This document shows, one piece after another, positions 22,983 to 36,281 of a DNA stretch of 64,000 bases. The first letter of the stretch is position 1, and the number at the start of each line of letters is the position of its first letter. The translations under genes were made by a program, and so were the position numbers. This DNA is from Octopus bimaculoides. Lineage: Eukaryota. The DNA is taken from assembly GCF_001194135.2 (NCBI RefSeq), contig NC_068982.1, forward strand, positions 2,081,817-2,145,816, given 5' to 3'. The notes under the pieces are model-generated. The model saw only the letters and a list, made by a program, of their open reading frames with translations. It had not been told where the DNA came from and made no database searches.

Positions 22983-24244
22983 AATAAAAAAGAAGATAAA
23001 CAGATTTCAGAATAGATAAATACTAATATTTGGTATATAATATATTGGATAGGTATAAAATAATTTTGTTTAATATCATTATGTATAAAATGAGAAAACA
23101 TCAGTCATGGAAGAGGTGATATATTTTGATTCATTAAAGAAATCATTCATCACAGCAGATAATATACTCTGCCTTAACAGCTTAATCTTGACGAAGTAGG
23201 AAGTTAAATGATTGAGTAGGAGGCGTGTTTGCTTTTCATGGATGTGCCATTTGTTAATAACCTATTCATGCAATTTGGCAGGGCTCACATCCAGGCATAA
23301 TATCCGTCGAAAGGTAAAAGACGAACATATAGTAACAAGCAAGTGAAATGAATTAGGCTCTCGGCTTTCCGTTCCTTATTACTTCAGTCGTTTAACTTAT
23401 CGCGCTGCCGCGAAGTAGTCCTTGTTTCTTGGAAGAAATTTAGCAATGCCCTAATGAATTATGTTTTTATTCTTTACATAATACTTGTTAATATGTGTGT
23501 GAGAGAGAGAGGATATAGTTGTGTGAGCGTTAGAGTGTGTTTGTGCATGTTTGTACTTGTGTATGTGTATGACTGTGAAAATGCCGAATTTACATTTCGA
23601 CCTTTACGCGGGTGATCAAATAATTGCTGAATTGAATGTCGTGACAAACCCTTAAAGGTAGTGTTCCTGCATGTTAGTAATCTAAACGATTAAAATTTGT
23701 AAATGAATGAAATATAAAAATGGCGTCTTTAACTAAAAAGAGAATTTCACGTGACACGGAAACCTTTTTACATGAATAAAGAATTCAAGCGATGGAGAAC
23801 AGAGAAAATTTGTTTCCAGATGACATTTACTATAGATTTTGGCTATTCTATCACCAGAAGAACGGAAGAGAATTAAGTCAGCTCAGGCAATAATTAGAGA
23901 AACGCATATTTCATTAATATTGCTAACGGTTCTTTTATGATAACATTTTCCCCTACAGGTTAGATGAGGTTGATAAAAGTATGAGTGACTCTTATAGTTA
24001 AATTTAATAGAGATATTCCTTAAAACAACCAAATTTCTTTCCTAAGCTAACTGGAAGCTTTGAAATCATTGTTTATGCTCATAAATCAACATTAATTAAA
24101 TTCAACCTCATCACTTTGCAATAGAGATATATATTAGATTTCAGTGTCTCCCCACTTCCGTTTTATAACAAGTCTTTTCTTAGCAGTAAGACCAGTAAAT
24201 TTGTTTTATGTAAATGCAAGAAAAGGTCTGGACATACAGGCGCG

Positions 24245-24276
<32 letters not shown>

Positions 24277-24663
24277 NNNNNNNNNNNNNNNNNNNNNNNN
24301 NNNNNNNNNNNNNNNNNNNNNNNNNNNNNNNNNNNNNNNNNNNNNNNNNNNNNNNNNNNNNNNNNNNNNNNNNNNNNNNNNNNNNNNNNNNNNNNNNNNN
24401 NNNNNNNNNNNNNNNNNNNNNNNNNNNNNNNNNNNNNNNNNNNNNNNNNNNNNNNNNNNNNNNNNNNNNNNNNNNNNNNNNNNNNNNNNNNNNNNNNNNN
24501 NNNNNNNNNNNNNNNNNNNNNNNNNNNNNNNNNNNNNNNNNNNNNNNNNNNNNNNNNNNNNNNTTAAGTAAATGTGAACATTACATGTTCACATTGCTTA
24601 AATGGAGTCGCATGAAACGATCGTACTGCATTAAGTTTGGATATCCTTGTTGCTTATTTTGAT

Positions 24664-24698
<35 letters not shown>

Positions 24699-25562
24699 TT
24701 TTTTCTTTTGTGAAACTAGTTTTGTATTAACTTCATCTATCTCACTCGCCTTATATCATTTTCGTACCAAGGAGTAAAGTCCGTTTGTTTTATCTTCTTT
24801 ATATTTTAAAATCAACGGTCATTCAACACGTTGGAATGACCGTTGACCATTTGTATCATAATACTTGTATTTTAGCCGAATATGCTGGAAAATTATTGTT
24901 TTGCAATTCACGGATCTGTATTTTGTAATTGTGCCTTTATAATGCTTAGTTGTATCCTATGTGCAAATTGATGCTATATAATCCGAGGTCGGACATCGTA
25001 GCGTAGCGAAATCACAAGTTCTGGTGAGGCAGGCATATCGCAGGATTTATAGAGAACAAGTAGACCTGTGCAGACTGGAAAAAGAAACATGGAAGGGCTC
25101 CACGATGATTTAGTTAAACAATTTGGGTCACGACGGAAAAAAAGAATGACGCAATCAAAACACAGCTGGAAGGGCATTGGAGGCAGTGGTATACCACAGC
25201 ATCTGATGATCTGATCAATTCTATGAGATTTTGTAATTGTGCAGTTATGATACATCATTGTAATCTACCTTCATATTGATAATATTTAACAGTTCGTATT
25301 CTGGGAAATGCCGCCTAACGTCATTCGAGAACATTTCTCAGCCTTTCTCACAGATGTTCTCTACTTATATATCCCCTCCCCCAGGGGTATGCTACTGATA
25401 GTTTTAGAAAAAGGGAAAATATTTTTTCAAGTTGTTCAGCAAAATAATGAAGGTGCATAGTTTGCCATGTATTTAAATTATAAAGCCAAGACTACAACAC
25501 ACGCACGTAAAAACTCGCGTATATATGTATATATATATATATATACACAGACACACACACAA

Positions 25563-25609
<47 letters not shown>

Positions 25610-25794
25610 TATACATATATAAATTTTATATCCCTTGAATTAATTTACGTTTGCTTATCGACAATGTAACCATTTCTCTAAGGTATCTTCGGCCTGAGGA
25701 GTAGCTAGTAGAGTACCACTTGTTCATTAATTATTATTACTTCTGGATATCTGCTAGGTAGGAAACATAAGTCACGTGGATTTTACCTGTTCCA

Positions 25795-25852
25795 TTCACT
25801 CACCCCAGCATGGCCGCAGTCTAATGACTGAAACAACTAAAGGATAAAAGAT
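25795..25852 (+). mobile_element. Isolated SINE 3' tail (families A/C)
   Basis: ccccagcatggccgcagtctaatgactgaaacaactaaaggataaaag, the same tail as 17530-17584. Confidence 0.75.
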
Positions 25853-25873
25853 ACAAAAATGTAGTTGAGAGTA

Positions 25874-25949
25874 ACTTTGAAGTTTCGGTCAGCTAAGCCA
25901 TCGTCGAGTTTCAGACCGGCGATCGCTTAGCTAGCTGAACAATGGAAGT
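25874..25949 (+). ncRNA. Candidate pri-miRNA-like hairpin
   Basis: 33-nt arms in one register, 27/33 paired (4 G-U), no bulges, 10-nt loop; no match to a miRNA family I can recall. Confidence 0.35.
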
Positions 25950-28459
25950 CACAGTGAACAACATTCTCGAAGAAGAATAATAAATTTGTACAAAACTGTA
26001 GAGAAACCCATTAGATTAATGTGAATTGTTTTTTATTATAACTGAACCTAAACACAAACAATGTGTTTGTGTGTATGCATATATATGTGTGCGTGTGTAC
26101 ATATGTATATACATACATACACAAATATATATATATATATATATATTATACATTGTTAGATAATCAGGGAGGCAAGCATCTCCTGTATCGATGTATTTTA
26201 TCCATATAAAGATACCTCCCTGTGTCAACTGACATTCAAAGAACTTTTCATTACTCATTGATGAGTCGTCATAAACCTGAAACACCAAGTATACCAATGT
26301 TTTCATCACCTGTACTTGAAATTTCTATAAAATGACCTTGTAGTGAATCATAAGTTTCCACAATGGCTCTGCTGGTAGTTGGTGGAACGTATCATTGATT
26401 GTGTATCAGATAATACAAAAAAAAAGAACGTACCTCTGAGTAGCACGGAAGTGTGAGACTAAATATTTTTAGAAATGTTATCTATGCTTTGATGTGCTCT
26501 GCACCTGTTGCAAGATTTGTAAAGCACACTCCATTGAATTTACTACTTGTAATACAATTTTGTTATATGAAAATGCAAAACCGATCTCAATAGGTTTGTA
26601 TCAGTAAATGAGAGGTAAGTAAATGGTTTTATAAGATCCTCAGATCTTAAATAGGTATTTAAAGTTTTAGAATTATTTTTCATGATTTCATGCAAGTAAT
26701 ATATTATTTGAATTAATTTTAATTAGAAGTGTCTTTTCAAAATATGCCTCACGTCTAGCTACTGCATATTTCATATACTATAAAATTTAGTGTAGATTAT
26801 CGGAGTGCCGAGATCACCCGTTAAATTTTGTGTCTATATTCGATTACATGAAATTTCATTTCAAGAGCGACAAGCATACTTGTAGTAAGAGGAAATGGAT
26901 TCTTACTACAACTGGTGCGTCTGTGTAAGTTATGAGAATTTTTAGTGTGCAAAACGGTTACTTGCCTGTTAATCTTTCGAGAAAGTGGTTCCCTGTATGT
27001 ATGTGGATATCTTAATCTTGCTGGACAAGTGAGACGAACATGCGTTTTGTAATGGGAAAGAAAATGTTGACAATTTGATAGAGAATTTATTACACATGTT
27101 ATATTGATGTGTTTTTTTAATTTCAATATAAAATTATCAGATATGCTAATGCTCTGGTTAAAGATCTCTCATGCGATTCAGAACAATTACTAATATTTAG
27201 AAAACAACAACACGTTAATGTGATTCTTTTTTGCTGCATTTTATACAGTTAGGATTAAAAATCTAAAATAGCACATATCTTAAAGTATCTAATATTTACT
27301 ATTAGTTTCAAGTAGAAAATGGACATCATTTATGGACTACTTGATAATAACTTTTGCTCCGTTCCTGTACTTTAAATTTACAAGATTAGCAGTTATATTG
27401 TATGCATGTTACGCACTAGTAAATATTGGAATACCTCTGAGAAAAGGCTAATGGCTGTCATAGAGTCAGTAACAAGTGACGGGTTACATCGTAATTAAGT
27501 TTGTAAAGCCTTTGGCATGTTTCATGCCTAATGACATAGAGGGACCTCTATAAGAAGCTTTTAAATCTTCATATTAATAAATGAAAAAAACATTTTAGAT
27601 GTGAGATATTATTATGCATTGCCATGGGAATAGCATCTTAGCAAGACATTCAATATTCGCTTTCGATTAAATAAAACAACTTTTTAACTACTGGATAGAG
27701 GACAACTTTATACAAGCGAGATTTACATGTTTTCGCCAATCTCATTTGCTTTTATAGAAAATGATGACACGTACCTCAAGGGATTAAAATATTTATATCT
27801 TAATGGAATTTTGATTTTGTTTCCCTGCTTATCAAACAAATCTTACGATAAAATGATATGCTAGAATAGCGGCCAAAGTACTTTTCAAACATTGTAAGTT
27901 ATTACTGGCAACTACAATATACAGCGTAAGAAGCAAATATCAATTAATCCAGTATCTCTTTTTATATCAGGTAAAAATCATTGAGGACGCTGCATATACG
28001 GATATAGCTTACATGTTCTTGGCTTGTTTACATGTCTGCCAATATTGCGGGTCACCGATGACCCTTTTTAGTATCAAACCAGGATAAGCTCAATATGTAT
28101 AACAAATAACTCTGTCATAGACTGGTTTAAGATGAGAGCGTCGTCTCGATCTAAAATAAGTTCAAAGGTAACTGAAGGCATTTATCAATGTGGTTTTACG
28201 AGGGTTGGCAGTGTGATTTTATAAGAAAAACATCAATGACATAATTAACCTTGCTGGGGAAGAACCACGCGCGCACATACACATATAATGCTCTCTCTCT
28301 CTCTCTCTCATATATATNNNNNNNNNNNNNNNNNNNNNNNNNNNNNNNNNNNNNNNNNNNNNNNNNNNNNNNNNNNNNNNNNNNNNNNNNNNNNNNNNNN
28401 NNNNNNATATATATATATATATATATATATATAGTTGGAAAGAAACGAAAGAAGACGGG

Positions 28460-28620
28460 TGAGTAAACAACCAGCAGATGTATTAATTTAACGCTCGGGA
28501 AGTCAGAAAAGTGAGAAAATTTTTTTCGAGCCTACGCTCTTCGACAGAAAGGAACACTGAAATAAGCAGAGAGAGAAAAGGAACAAAAAAGCTTTAGTGG
28601 TTAGCGATCAATCATGGGGA
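28460..28620 (-). mobile_element. PLE-terminus-like repeat carrying a hammerhead-like motif
   Basis: Minus 28547-28523: CTGTCGA a gagc gtag gctc GAAA; perfect 4-bp stem II with tetraloop, core A6 replaced by U, stem III lost. Confidence 0.4.
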
Positions 28621-28651
28621 ATCATATAAATAATATATACACACACACACG

Positions 28652-28840
28652 CACGGCGCGCCTATTAAACGGACGAAGAACTCCATGTTTGTAGAAGGTA
28701 ACGTTTTAGATGGGGGTGTTTACTGAATACTTGTTTCCTGGAGTTTAAAAAGACCCCCAGGTCGAGCGAGATTTTTCGGATTCTTACCCTCTGCCAAGTA
28801 AAACTTACACCGTTTCGTCCCGTTTATATAAGGCACGGGT
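28652..28840. mobile_element. Small MITE-like element with about 25-bp imperfect terminal inverted repeats
   Basis: Left cgcgcctattaaacggacgaa versus reverse complement of right end cgtgccttatataaacgggacgaa; no clear TSD. Confidence 0.5.
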
Positions 28841-29134
28841 TGTTCAATGAGCTTTCATATAATTATGCATAGGGTTCCTTCCTCTTTTATGCACTATACA
28901 CGGCTGGCCAGGGACGTGATGTTGCTACTTTCGGGTATTCTAAAAGAAGACTTGTGGCTGTTCAGATTTTAAAGTACGTACATACAATGCTGTAGCTAAG
29001 TTTATTACATTTCTTTCATAATCCTTTGTAGTACACACAGGCATATACGTACATATGTATGTATGTATGCATATATATATATATATATATATATATACAC
29101 GTGATGCAACGCACTTTGCATCATTGCTTCTTCT

Positions 29135-29952
29135 TGGACTTCCTTTTCGTAAACATCAAGATTGGTTTAGTGATAACACAAATGCCCAACAGTTGATAGA
29201 TAAAGTGCACAGCTCTCACAAAACATGGATAAATGATAAGAGCTCATCCGAAAAAGAGAATGCTTATAAGAAATGCAGAAGCCAGGCCTAACATGCTGTG
29301 AGACAGATGAAAAAGCTTGGTACTCTTTCAAGTTTACTGAACTCCAAGATGCTGTAGATAGAAAAGATTCTAAAGCCTTTTAGGATGGCCTCAAGAAAGT
29401 GTATGTTCCTCAAGAGCACGGTGTTACTCCTATATTTTAATCAAATAGAGAGACACGGTTGACGGACAAATGTGTAATGAATCCTGAAACGATGGAAAGA
29501 TCACTTTGAAGCCGTGTTTAACTCCACCTCAGTCACTGATGATGATGTCACAATGTCTAGTCCACATCAAGCTGAAATACAGGAATTGTCTCTGGAGCCA
29601 ACCTTCCTAGAAGGGGTGAACTAGTTAAACGGATATCTTCTGGTAAAGCGATTGGCAGAGATGTTGTCTCTCCTGAAGTCTATAAGCATGGTGGATAGAA
29701 GCTTTTAAAGAAAGTGCATGACCTTTTTATTAGTATTTAGATGTGTAGCACAGGTCTTCAAGAAAGCCTCAATTCAACATCTTGATAAGAACAAAAAAAG
29801 AAACAGAAGTGTTTGTGATACTCATCGTGAGATATCGTTTCTGTCTATTGCTGGTAAGATTCTTGCTCGACTCATTCTTGACAGGATCATCAAACACACT
29901 GTAAATGATATCTATCCACAATCAATGTGTGGATTTCGTTTTGGTTCGACAT
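29135..29952 (+). mobile_element. RTE (BovB-like) LINE ORF2 fragment, pseudogenised
   Basis: RKHQDWFSDN...AYKKCRSQA*HAVRQMK...R.ISFLSIAGKILARLILDRI..H...IYPQSMCGFR is the RTE inter-domain and RT N-terminal signature. Confidence 0.9.
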
Positions 29953-29959
29953 GATCCAA

Positions 29960-31150
29960 ATTAATATATGGCTTGAACCTCCACGAATATCTACTAGAAA
30001 ACTGGAAGCGTTACTCAGATGACTGCCTAATCCTATGGACACACACGTTTGATAAAACTTATAGATTTCAAACATCTAATCAACAGCATAAACAATAATA
30101 TTAACTTTACCATGGAATACCGTAAAACTCAACTACCATTCTTCGATATACTAATCATCAAAAGAGATAAAATCATTGAAACATATTCACTACAAACAAA
30201 CAGATTCTGAACAGTACTCACTGTTTTCCTCATGCCATCCTAAACACAAGAAGAATAATATCCCCTTTAATCTAACAAGAAGAATCTGCACAATTGTCTC
30301 AAAGCCTGAATCGAGCAATAAAAGACCCCAGGAACTAAAGCAAGTACTACTTAAAAGACAATATCCATTAATGCCAACAGACAACGGAATAGAACGTGCC
30401 AAAGCAATAAATATCGCAGAACTACAAAAAAGGAATAACGGTTCAGATACATCCAATAATCTACGCTTTATTACAACACACTACCCAAGAAACACAGAGG
30501 TATACAATATTATCCACCAGAACAAACCACTACTAAAACAAAATCCAATAATGAAACAAGCGTTCGAAATACATAAAATAAACAAAAGTAAAAGACAATC
30601 AAAGTCCCTCCAAAATTTCCTCACAAGTGCTAAATTACATTCCACAATTCCTACACCAACAGTCAAAAAGTGTGGCTGTCCTAATTGCGGGACCTGCATC
30701 AACCTTATTGAAGACACAACATACAAATTCAAATCAGGACAAACTTTTACCGTAAAAAAAAAAAAAAAAAAAAAAACACGTTACATGTTCTTCAAAGAAT
30801 TTAATAGCTTTGAAATGTCATGGGTGTAATGAAGATTACATAGGTCAAAGAAAGCCTACTCTAAGAAATAGACTAACCATTCACCGACAACAAATACGAG
30901 ACCCCAGTACTAGACAAATTTCACTGAGTGGACAAATAGATATATGTGCAAAAAATAAGTCGCCTACTTTACAAGTCTTCCCACTCTACCTATGTTCAGC
31001 GAATACCACAAATGAAGCACGGATAAACAAAAAAAATTACTTTCATACCAAGATTCAAACCAAGACTTAAAACTCTTTTACAGAGTACATACACGAATAA
31101 CTTTTCACACACAAATTTCATTCTGCCACTGATGAGGAACCAACAAAACT
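29960..31150 (+). mobile_element. Penelope-like element: RT C-terminal half plus GIY-YIG endonuclease, pseudogenised
   Basis: WKRYSDDCLILW...INFTMEY...LPFFDI...HYKQTDS.QY..FSSCHPKH.K.NIPFNL.RRICTIVS; CGCPNCGTC; VTCSSKNLI-ALKCHGCNEDYIGQ; polyA expansion at 30754-30776 shifts the frame; ctgatgagg follows the stop at about 31128. Confidence 0.93.
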
Positions 31151-32095
31151 AACAACCTAAGCTTCAGTACTACATAACAATAACTCCTGTTCACTCTCCC
31201 GCCAGACAGATTTAATTTGGAATGCCTTGATTATAACTACACATATTCACTCATGCGTGTCGGTCTTCTTTCCAAGCGCAAAATATACTGTCACGTGACA
31301 CTAACGCACGGACGTGGCGGGATACATACAAAAATATATAAACTTAATCAAGGGTTTTCTACAAACGGCCTTGATTGTCTGGACAATCGTGACAGCCTTA
31401 ACCTACGACGCCAAACATTGTCACTTGATACTAACACACAGACGTAGCGGAGAACCTACAAGAATTTCTAAGACCAGTCATGTGACTATCTTCTACCAAT
31501 CAAATCCTATTCAAAACATACTAATTTGATCCATGGACTGCTTACAAAATTGGGGCAAGTTTCAAACACTAGTCAGAAGCAAGACAGCTACGACATAAGT
31601 CACGTCTTTCTATTTGAACTTTTTGAAAATCAGCGTAAAATGTGAAACCGGATCAAGCTTTAAATATATTAATAAAAAAAATATTTTAACTGTTCTCAAT
31701 GCATTTACAACATCCATTTTTCTTATNNNNNNNNNNNNNNNNNNNNNNNNNNNNNNNNNNNNNNNNNNNNNNNNNNNNNNNNNNNNNNNNNNNNNNNNNN
31801 NNNNNNNNNNNNNNNNNNNNNNNNNNNNNNNNNNNNNNNNNNNNNNNNNNNNNNNNNNNNNNNNNNNNNNNNNNNNNNNNNNNNNNNNNNNNNNNNNNNN
31901 NNNNNNNNNNNNNNNNNNNNNNNNNNNNNNNNNNNNNNNNNNNNNNNNNNNNNNNNNNNNNNNNNNNNNNNNNNNNNNNNNNNNNNNNNNNNNNNNNNNN
32001 NNNNNNNNNNNNNNNNNNNNNNNNNNNNNTATATATATATATATTATTGATGTATATGTATATAAAAATATGTGTGTATTTGTGTATGTATATGA

Positions 32096-32127
<32 letters not shown>

Positions 32128-32136
32128 ATACATATT

Positions 32137-32189
<53 letters not shown>

Positions 32190-32539
32190 TTATTAAAGGC
32201 ATAAATAAAGTATTTTATATATTATTTTGTGCTATAGACTGAAGGCTGGTTCATTTTGGGTGCGTCGGTGATTGAATATAATCAATCGATATTTTGATCG
32301 ATTAAAAATATAGTAAACCACTGTTAGAGTATCAACTGCTAAAGAAAAAGGGGATAAGGAATAGCAGAACAATAAAACAAAAAAGAGAGGAGGAAGTATG
32401 CCATTGTTATATCTCCATTAAGCTATTGTTCTCTCTTTCCACAGTTGACGAGTATTAACATGGAGTATCGAAATTTAATATCCAATAACCTCCTTAGTGA
32501 CTGGCTTGTTAGCGAATTCTACAATGAGTGTATGTTTTG

Positions 32540-32670
<131 letters not shown>

Positions 32671-33423
32671 CTTTTCTACGTATGTATGTATATTTATGTA
32701 TGTATTATGTATGTATGTACAGGTAAATAGATAGATAGCTAGATAAATACATACATACATACATAAAGAGATAGATATGTTAGTTGAGTATAGCTATAGA
32801 TTGAGTCGTTTCATAACGTCACATTGAGACCAGAGTTCAGAGATAAAACATTTATATCACTGTTCCTGAATAAGATCATCTCATCACTTATAACAATGTG
32901 TATACTTGGCAATTAATTCAGGTTTCATTAGTTTATAAGTCTGAAGATATTTCTTTTTACACCCGGATTAATATAGAATTAGTCAGAAAGTGTTACAGTT
33001 CCAAACAACCACGTAATAGGAAGAATAAATTGCATAAATGTTTTGAAGTTTATTGCGGATGTTAAGGCTGATGGTAATAATACTTTTGTTGCTGTGCCTC
33101 AAACGATAATAAATCTCCTACGTACTACATGCTAAATTGGAAATAGAAACATACAGCTACTCAATATACATGAAAGGGGAAAAGAAAACAGAAGAAAATG
33201 TAAACGAAAAATAATGGCTATTGATTTCAGTTCTAATCCGGAAAAGTCAATGTTTAAAATTTCTGTCCGAGTAATATTTATCTAATAACAGCTGAATAAA
33301 GATATGCTCTACGTGTACAATAACAGCGCACCATCATATAGCAATTAATAACATGGTTTGAGTATATGGAAATACGCTACACAAATATGGCCTGCTCGCC
33401 ATTGAATACACATATATGCATGC

Positions 33424-33451
33424 ATATATATAAGTAAATCAATCTATCAGC

Positions 33452-33513
<62 letters not shown>

Positions 33514-33540
33514 GCTGATAGATTGATTTACTTATATATA
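33424..33540. repeat. Fold-back inverted duplication centred on (TG)n(TA)n(CA)n
   Basis: aagtaaatcaatctatcagc (33432-33451) versus gctgatagattgatttactt (33514-33533), exact reverse complements. Confidence 0.95.
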
Positions 33541-34199
33541 TATATATATATGTATNNNNNNNNNNNNNNNNNNNNNNNNNNNNNNNNNNNNNNNNNNNNN
33601 NNNNNNNNNNNNNNNNNNNNNNNNNNNNNNNNNNNNNNNNNNNNNNNNNNNNNNNNNNNNNNNNNNNNTATATATATATATATATATATCTGTATGTATG
33701 CATATATATTTCTCGTATATTTTGCGTAGATATGCATGTAAAAGGATATGTGAGAATGTGTGTGCGAGAACACCTAGTCTATACAGTGACACGAAAGCTC
33801 ATACAAGCTTAATTTCGCATATACATGCTCACATACATACATAAACACCCACACACACTCACAGATACACACATCTATGCATATATGGCTTTTTTTCTTA
33901 TTTACAAGTAGACGTTATCTGATATCGATTATTGAAACATAATTGTTGCCTCCAAAGAATTAATATCCTTATCAATATTTAAAGCAGAAGAGCTATTATA
34001 ATGCATTTCTATATTCACCTGTAACTTTACACTCCCACCCAATTAAAACAGCAATATTTACAATGGGTGATTCTTGCATTTGGTAATACATTTTCATTGT
34101 ACTACAGAATAACGTAATTTGCTATACTTGATAAATTCATAGTTACTGTTTTGAATGCCCGATTTGAAATGTCATCGCAAACATGTTTGTGTGCATGTA

Positions 34200-34201
<2 letters not shown>

Positions 34202-34278
<77 letters not shown>

Positions 34279-34301
34279 AAGAGAAATAGAGATAGAGAGA
34301 A

Positions 34302-34337
<36 letters not shown>
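34202..34337. repeat. Compound (TA)n(GA)n microsatellite
   Basis: Direct reading. Confidence 0.98.
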
Positions 34338-34623
34338 GAAACGATAAGAATGGAGCAATAATTAACGAGAAGTGGATCATTGGTGTTTTGAAGTCATTAT
34401 TTAATTAAAATGAGAGTATGTTTACAGCTGTTTCTATTTATCAAAATGCATTTACCTCGTTACAATTGATAAACATCTTCAGAACGATTATATGGCAAAG
34501 ATAAATAGGAAGAAAAATAGAAGGAAAAGAAAGAAAAACGTTCGTTAATTCAATAGTCTTACATTCTAGTGACTTACACATCTATCCCTTACATGGTTGC
34601 ATAACCTCTAACTTTTATCTTAC

Positions 34624-34658
<35 letters not shown>

Positions 34659-35031
34659 CTAATGTTGAGTGTTTGAAGTGATAAGGCAAAAAACACTTTA
34701 ACACATCTTTAACGATTCGATAGAATTGTTTCTGTTCCAACTCCACTTGCAACGCCAGTTTATGCAAAAATTCGAAGTAAAAATGTAGGTAATATTTGCG
34801 GTTTACACGTTAGATTGGCACTTCATCAGACTTGCATAAAAGGCGCGTTTTTAAATTTTTAACGGAAACTGGCGTTGCAAGAAGAGTTAGTACAGAAACA
34901 ATTGTAAGAGATCATTAAATATGTGTTGAAGAATTTCATTGGCTTCATAATATTAGGATTATTCTTTACTATTCTCCACACAACGGTGTTACAGTCGAGA
35001 GACAAGGATTTCCTACACTTGAAGAATTTCG

Positions 35032-35065
<34 letters not shown>

Positions 35066-35124
35066 AATAATGTGCGTGTGTGTGTATGTTTGTATACAGA
35101 TACACACACATCTCACAGAGTATC

Positions 35125-36165
35125 TCTCTAACATCACACATCAGCGGAGTCATGGTGCGAATGTTCCGAAGAAAACTAATTGCATATCTTGAAGAGAGTG
35201 ACTGGCTATCTAACACCTAGCTTAGTTTTCGGCCAGGTAGAAGTTGCCTGCCACAGCTCTTCTACTACGACTGGATGTAAGAGCAGCTGCTCAACAAATC
35301 AAATGTGGACTTGATATATCTCAAATTTGCAAAAGCGTTTGATAAATCAACTATGGAATTATAGAATTATATGTCGTAAGCTGCGAAATCTCTGCATAGT
35401 TGGGAAACTTGGAGAGTGGCTTCATGGCTTCCTAAAAGAAGGAAATCAGGTAGTAGTAGACAATGGTTCTAACTTCAACGAAACGATAATAATGAGTGGA
35501 TTCCCACAGGGCACTGTCTTGGGGCCGCTGCTATACATAGTAGCCCTCTCAGATGCCCTCAGCTACTCAAACCCTTTGATAGCTATGCAGGTGTTACTAA
35601 CGTCTCTCAGAGGAAACACAACCCTGAAGATCTTGCGCACCTGCAGCAGAAGTTGAACGTGGTATACATGTGGGCTGGAATAATATGCAGCTTAACGCTA
35701 GAAAATTCCGAGCCCCGCGCTTCCAACACATGGAGCTAAATGAAATGTAAACGTGTCACTTAAAGATTGCATTGCCTATATCAAAATCACTGATGTGGGC
35801 ATTGCGATGAGTACTGATGCACCCCCACAGGTGTATATTATTAAATTGGCAATAAAATGCAGACGGTTGGCTGGATGGATCTTTCGAACTTTCAGAGCAA
35901 GTCAATAGAAAAGCAAGTCAGACATTTTACTGCATGCGTTAGGACTACTGGCCATCATTATGGACACTGCATCTTGTAAAATTAAGGACAGACCTCGAAG
36001 CAACCCAGCGAAACTACACACAGACGATCGTCTCAATACGGCATTTCAGTTGCACAGAAATTGAACAATTCAAGACTCGACCTTTGAACGTAGGTGGAAA
36101 AGATATGCAGTCATACTTATAGATTCATCTAGAAAATCCTACAAGAATTTACATTCAAACTCTGA
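35125..36165 (+). mobile_element. CR1/L2-group LINE reverse transcriptase fragment, pseudogenised
   Basis: TSHI..VM.RM.RRKLIAYLEE...FRPGRSCLPQL...NVDLIYL.FAKAFDK...GKLGEWLHGFLK...SGFPQGTVLGPLLYIVALSD. Confidence 0.9.
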
Positions 36166-36232
36166 CATTGAAAGTTAAACAAACAAGAGCCAGCCACGCA
36201 CGCGCGCGCACGCGCACGCACACACGCACACG

Positions 36233-36281
<49 letters not shown>

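Noticed and set aside
24960-25275. Possible Tc1 transposase C-terminus (…DDLINSM..C.AV…Y*)
   Set aside because: Only a short, weak resemblance with several stops; no DDE residues or TIRs found.
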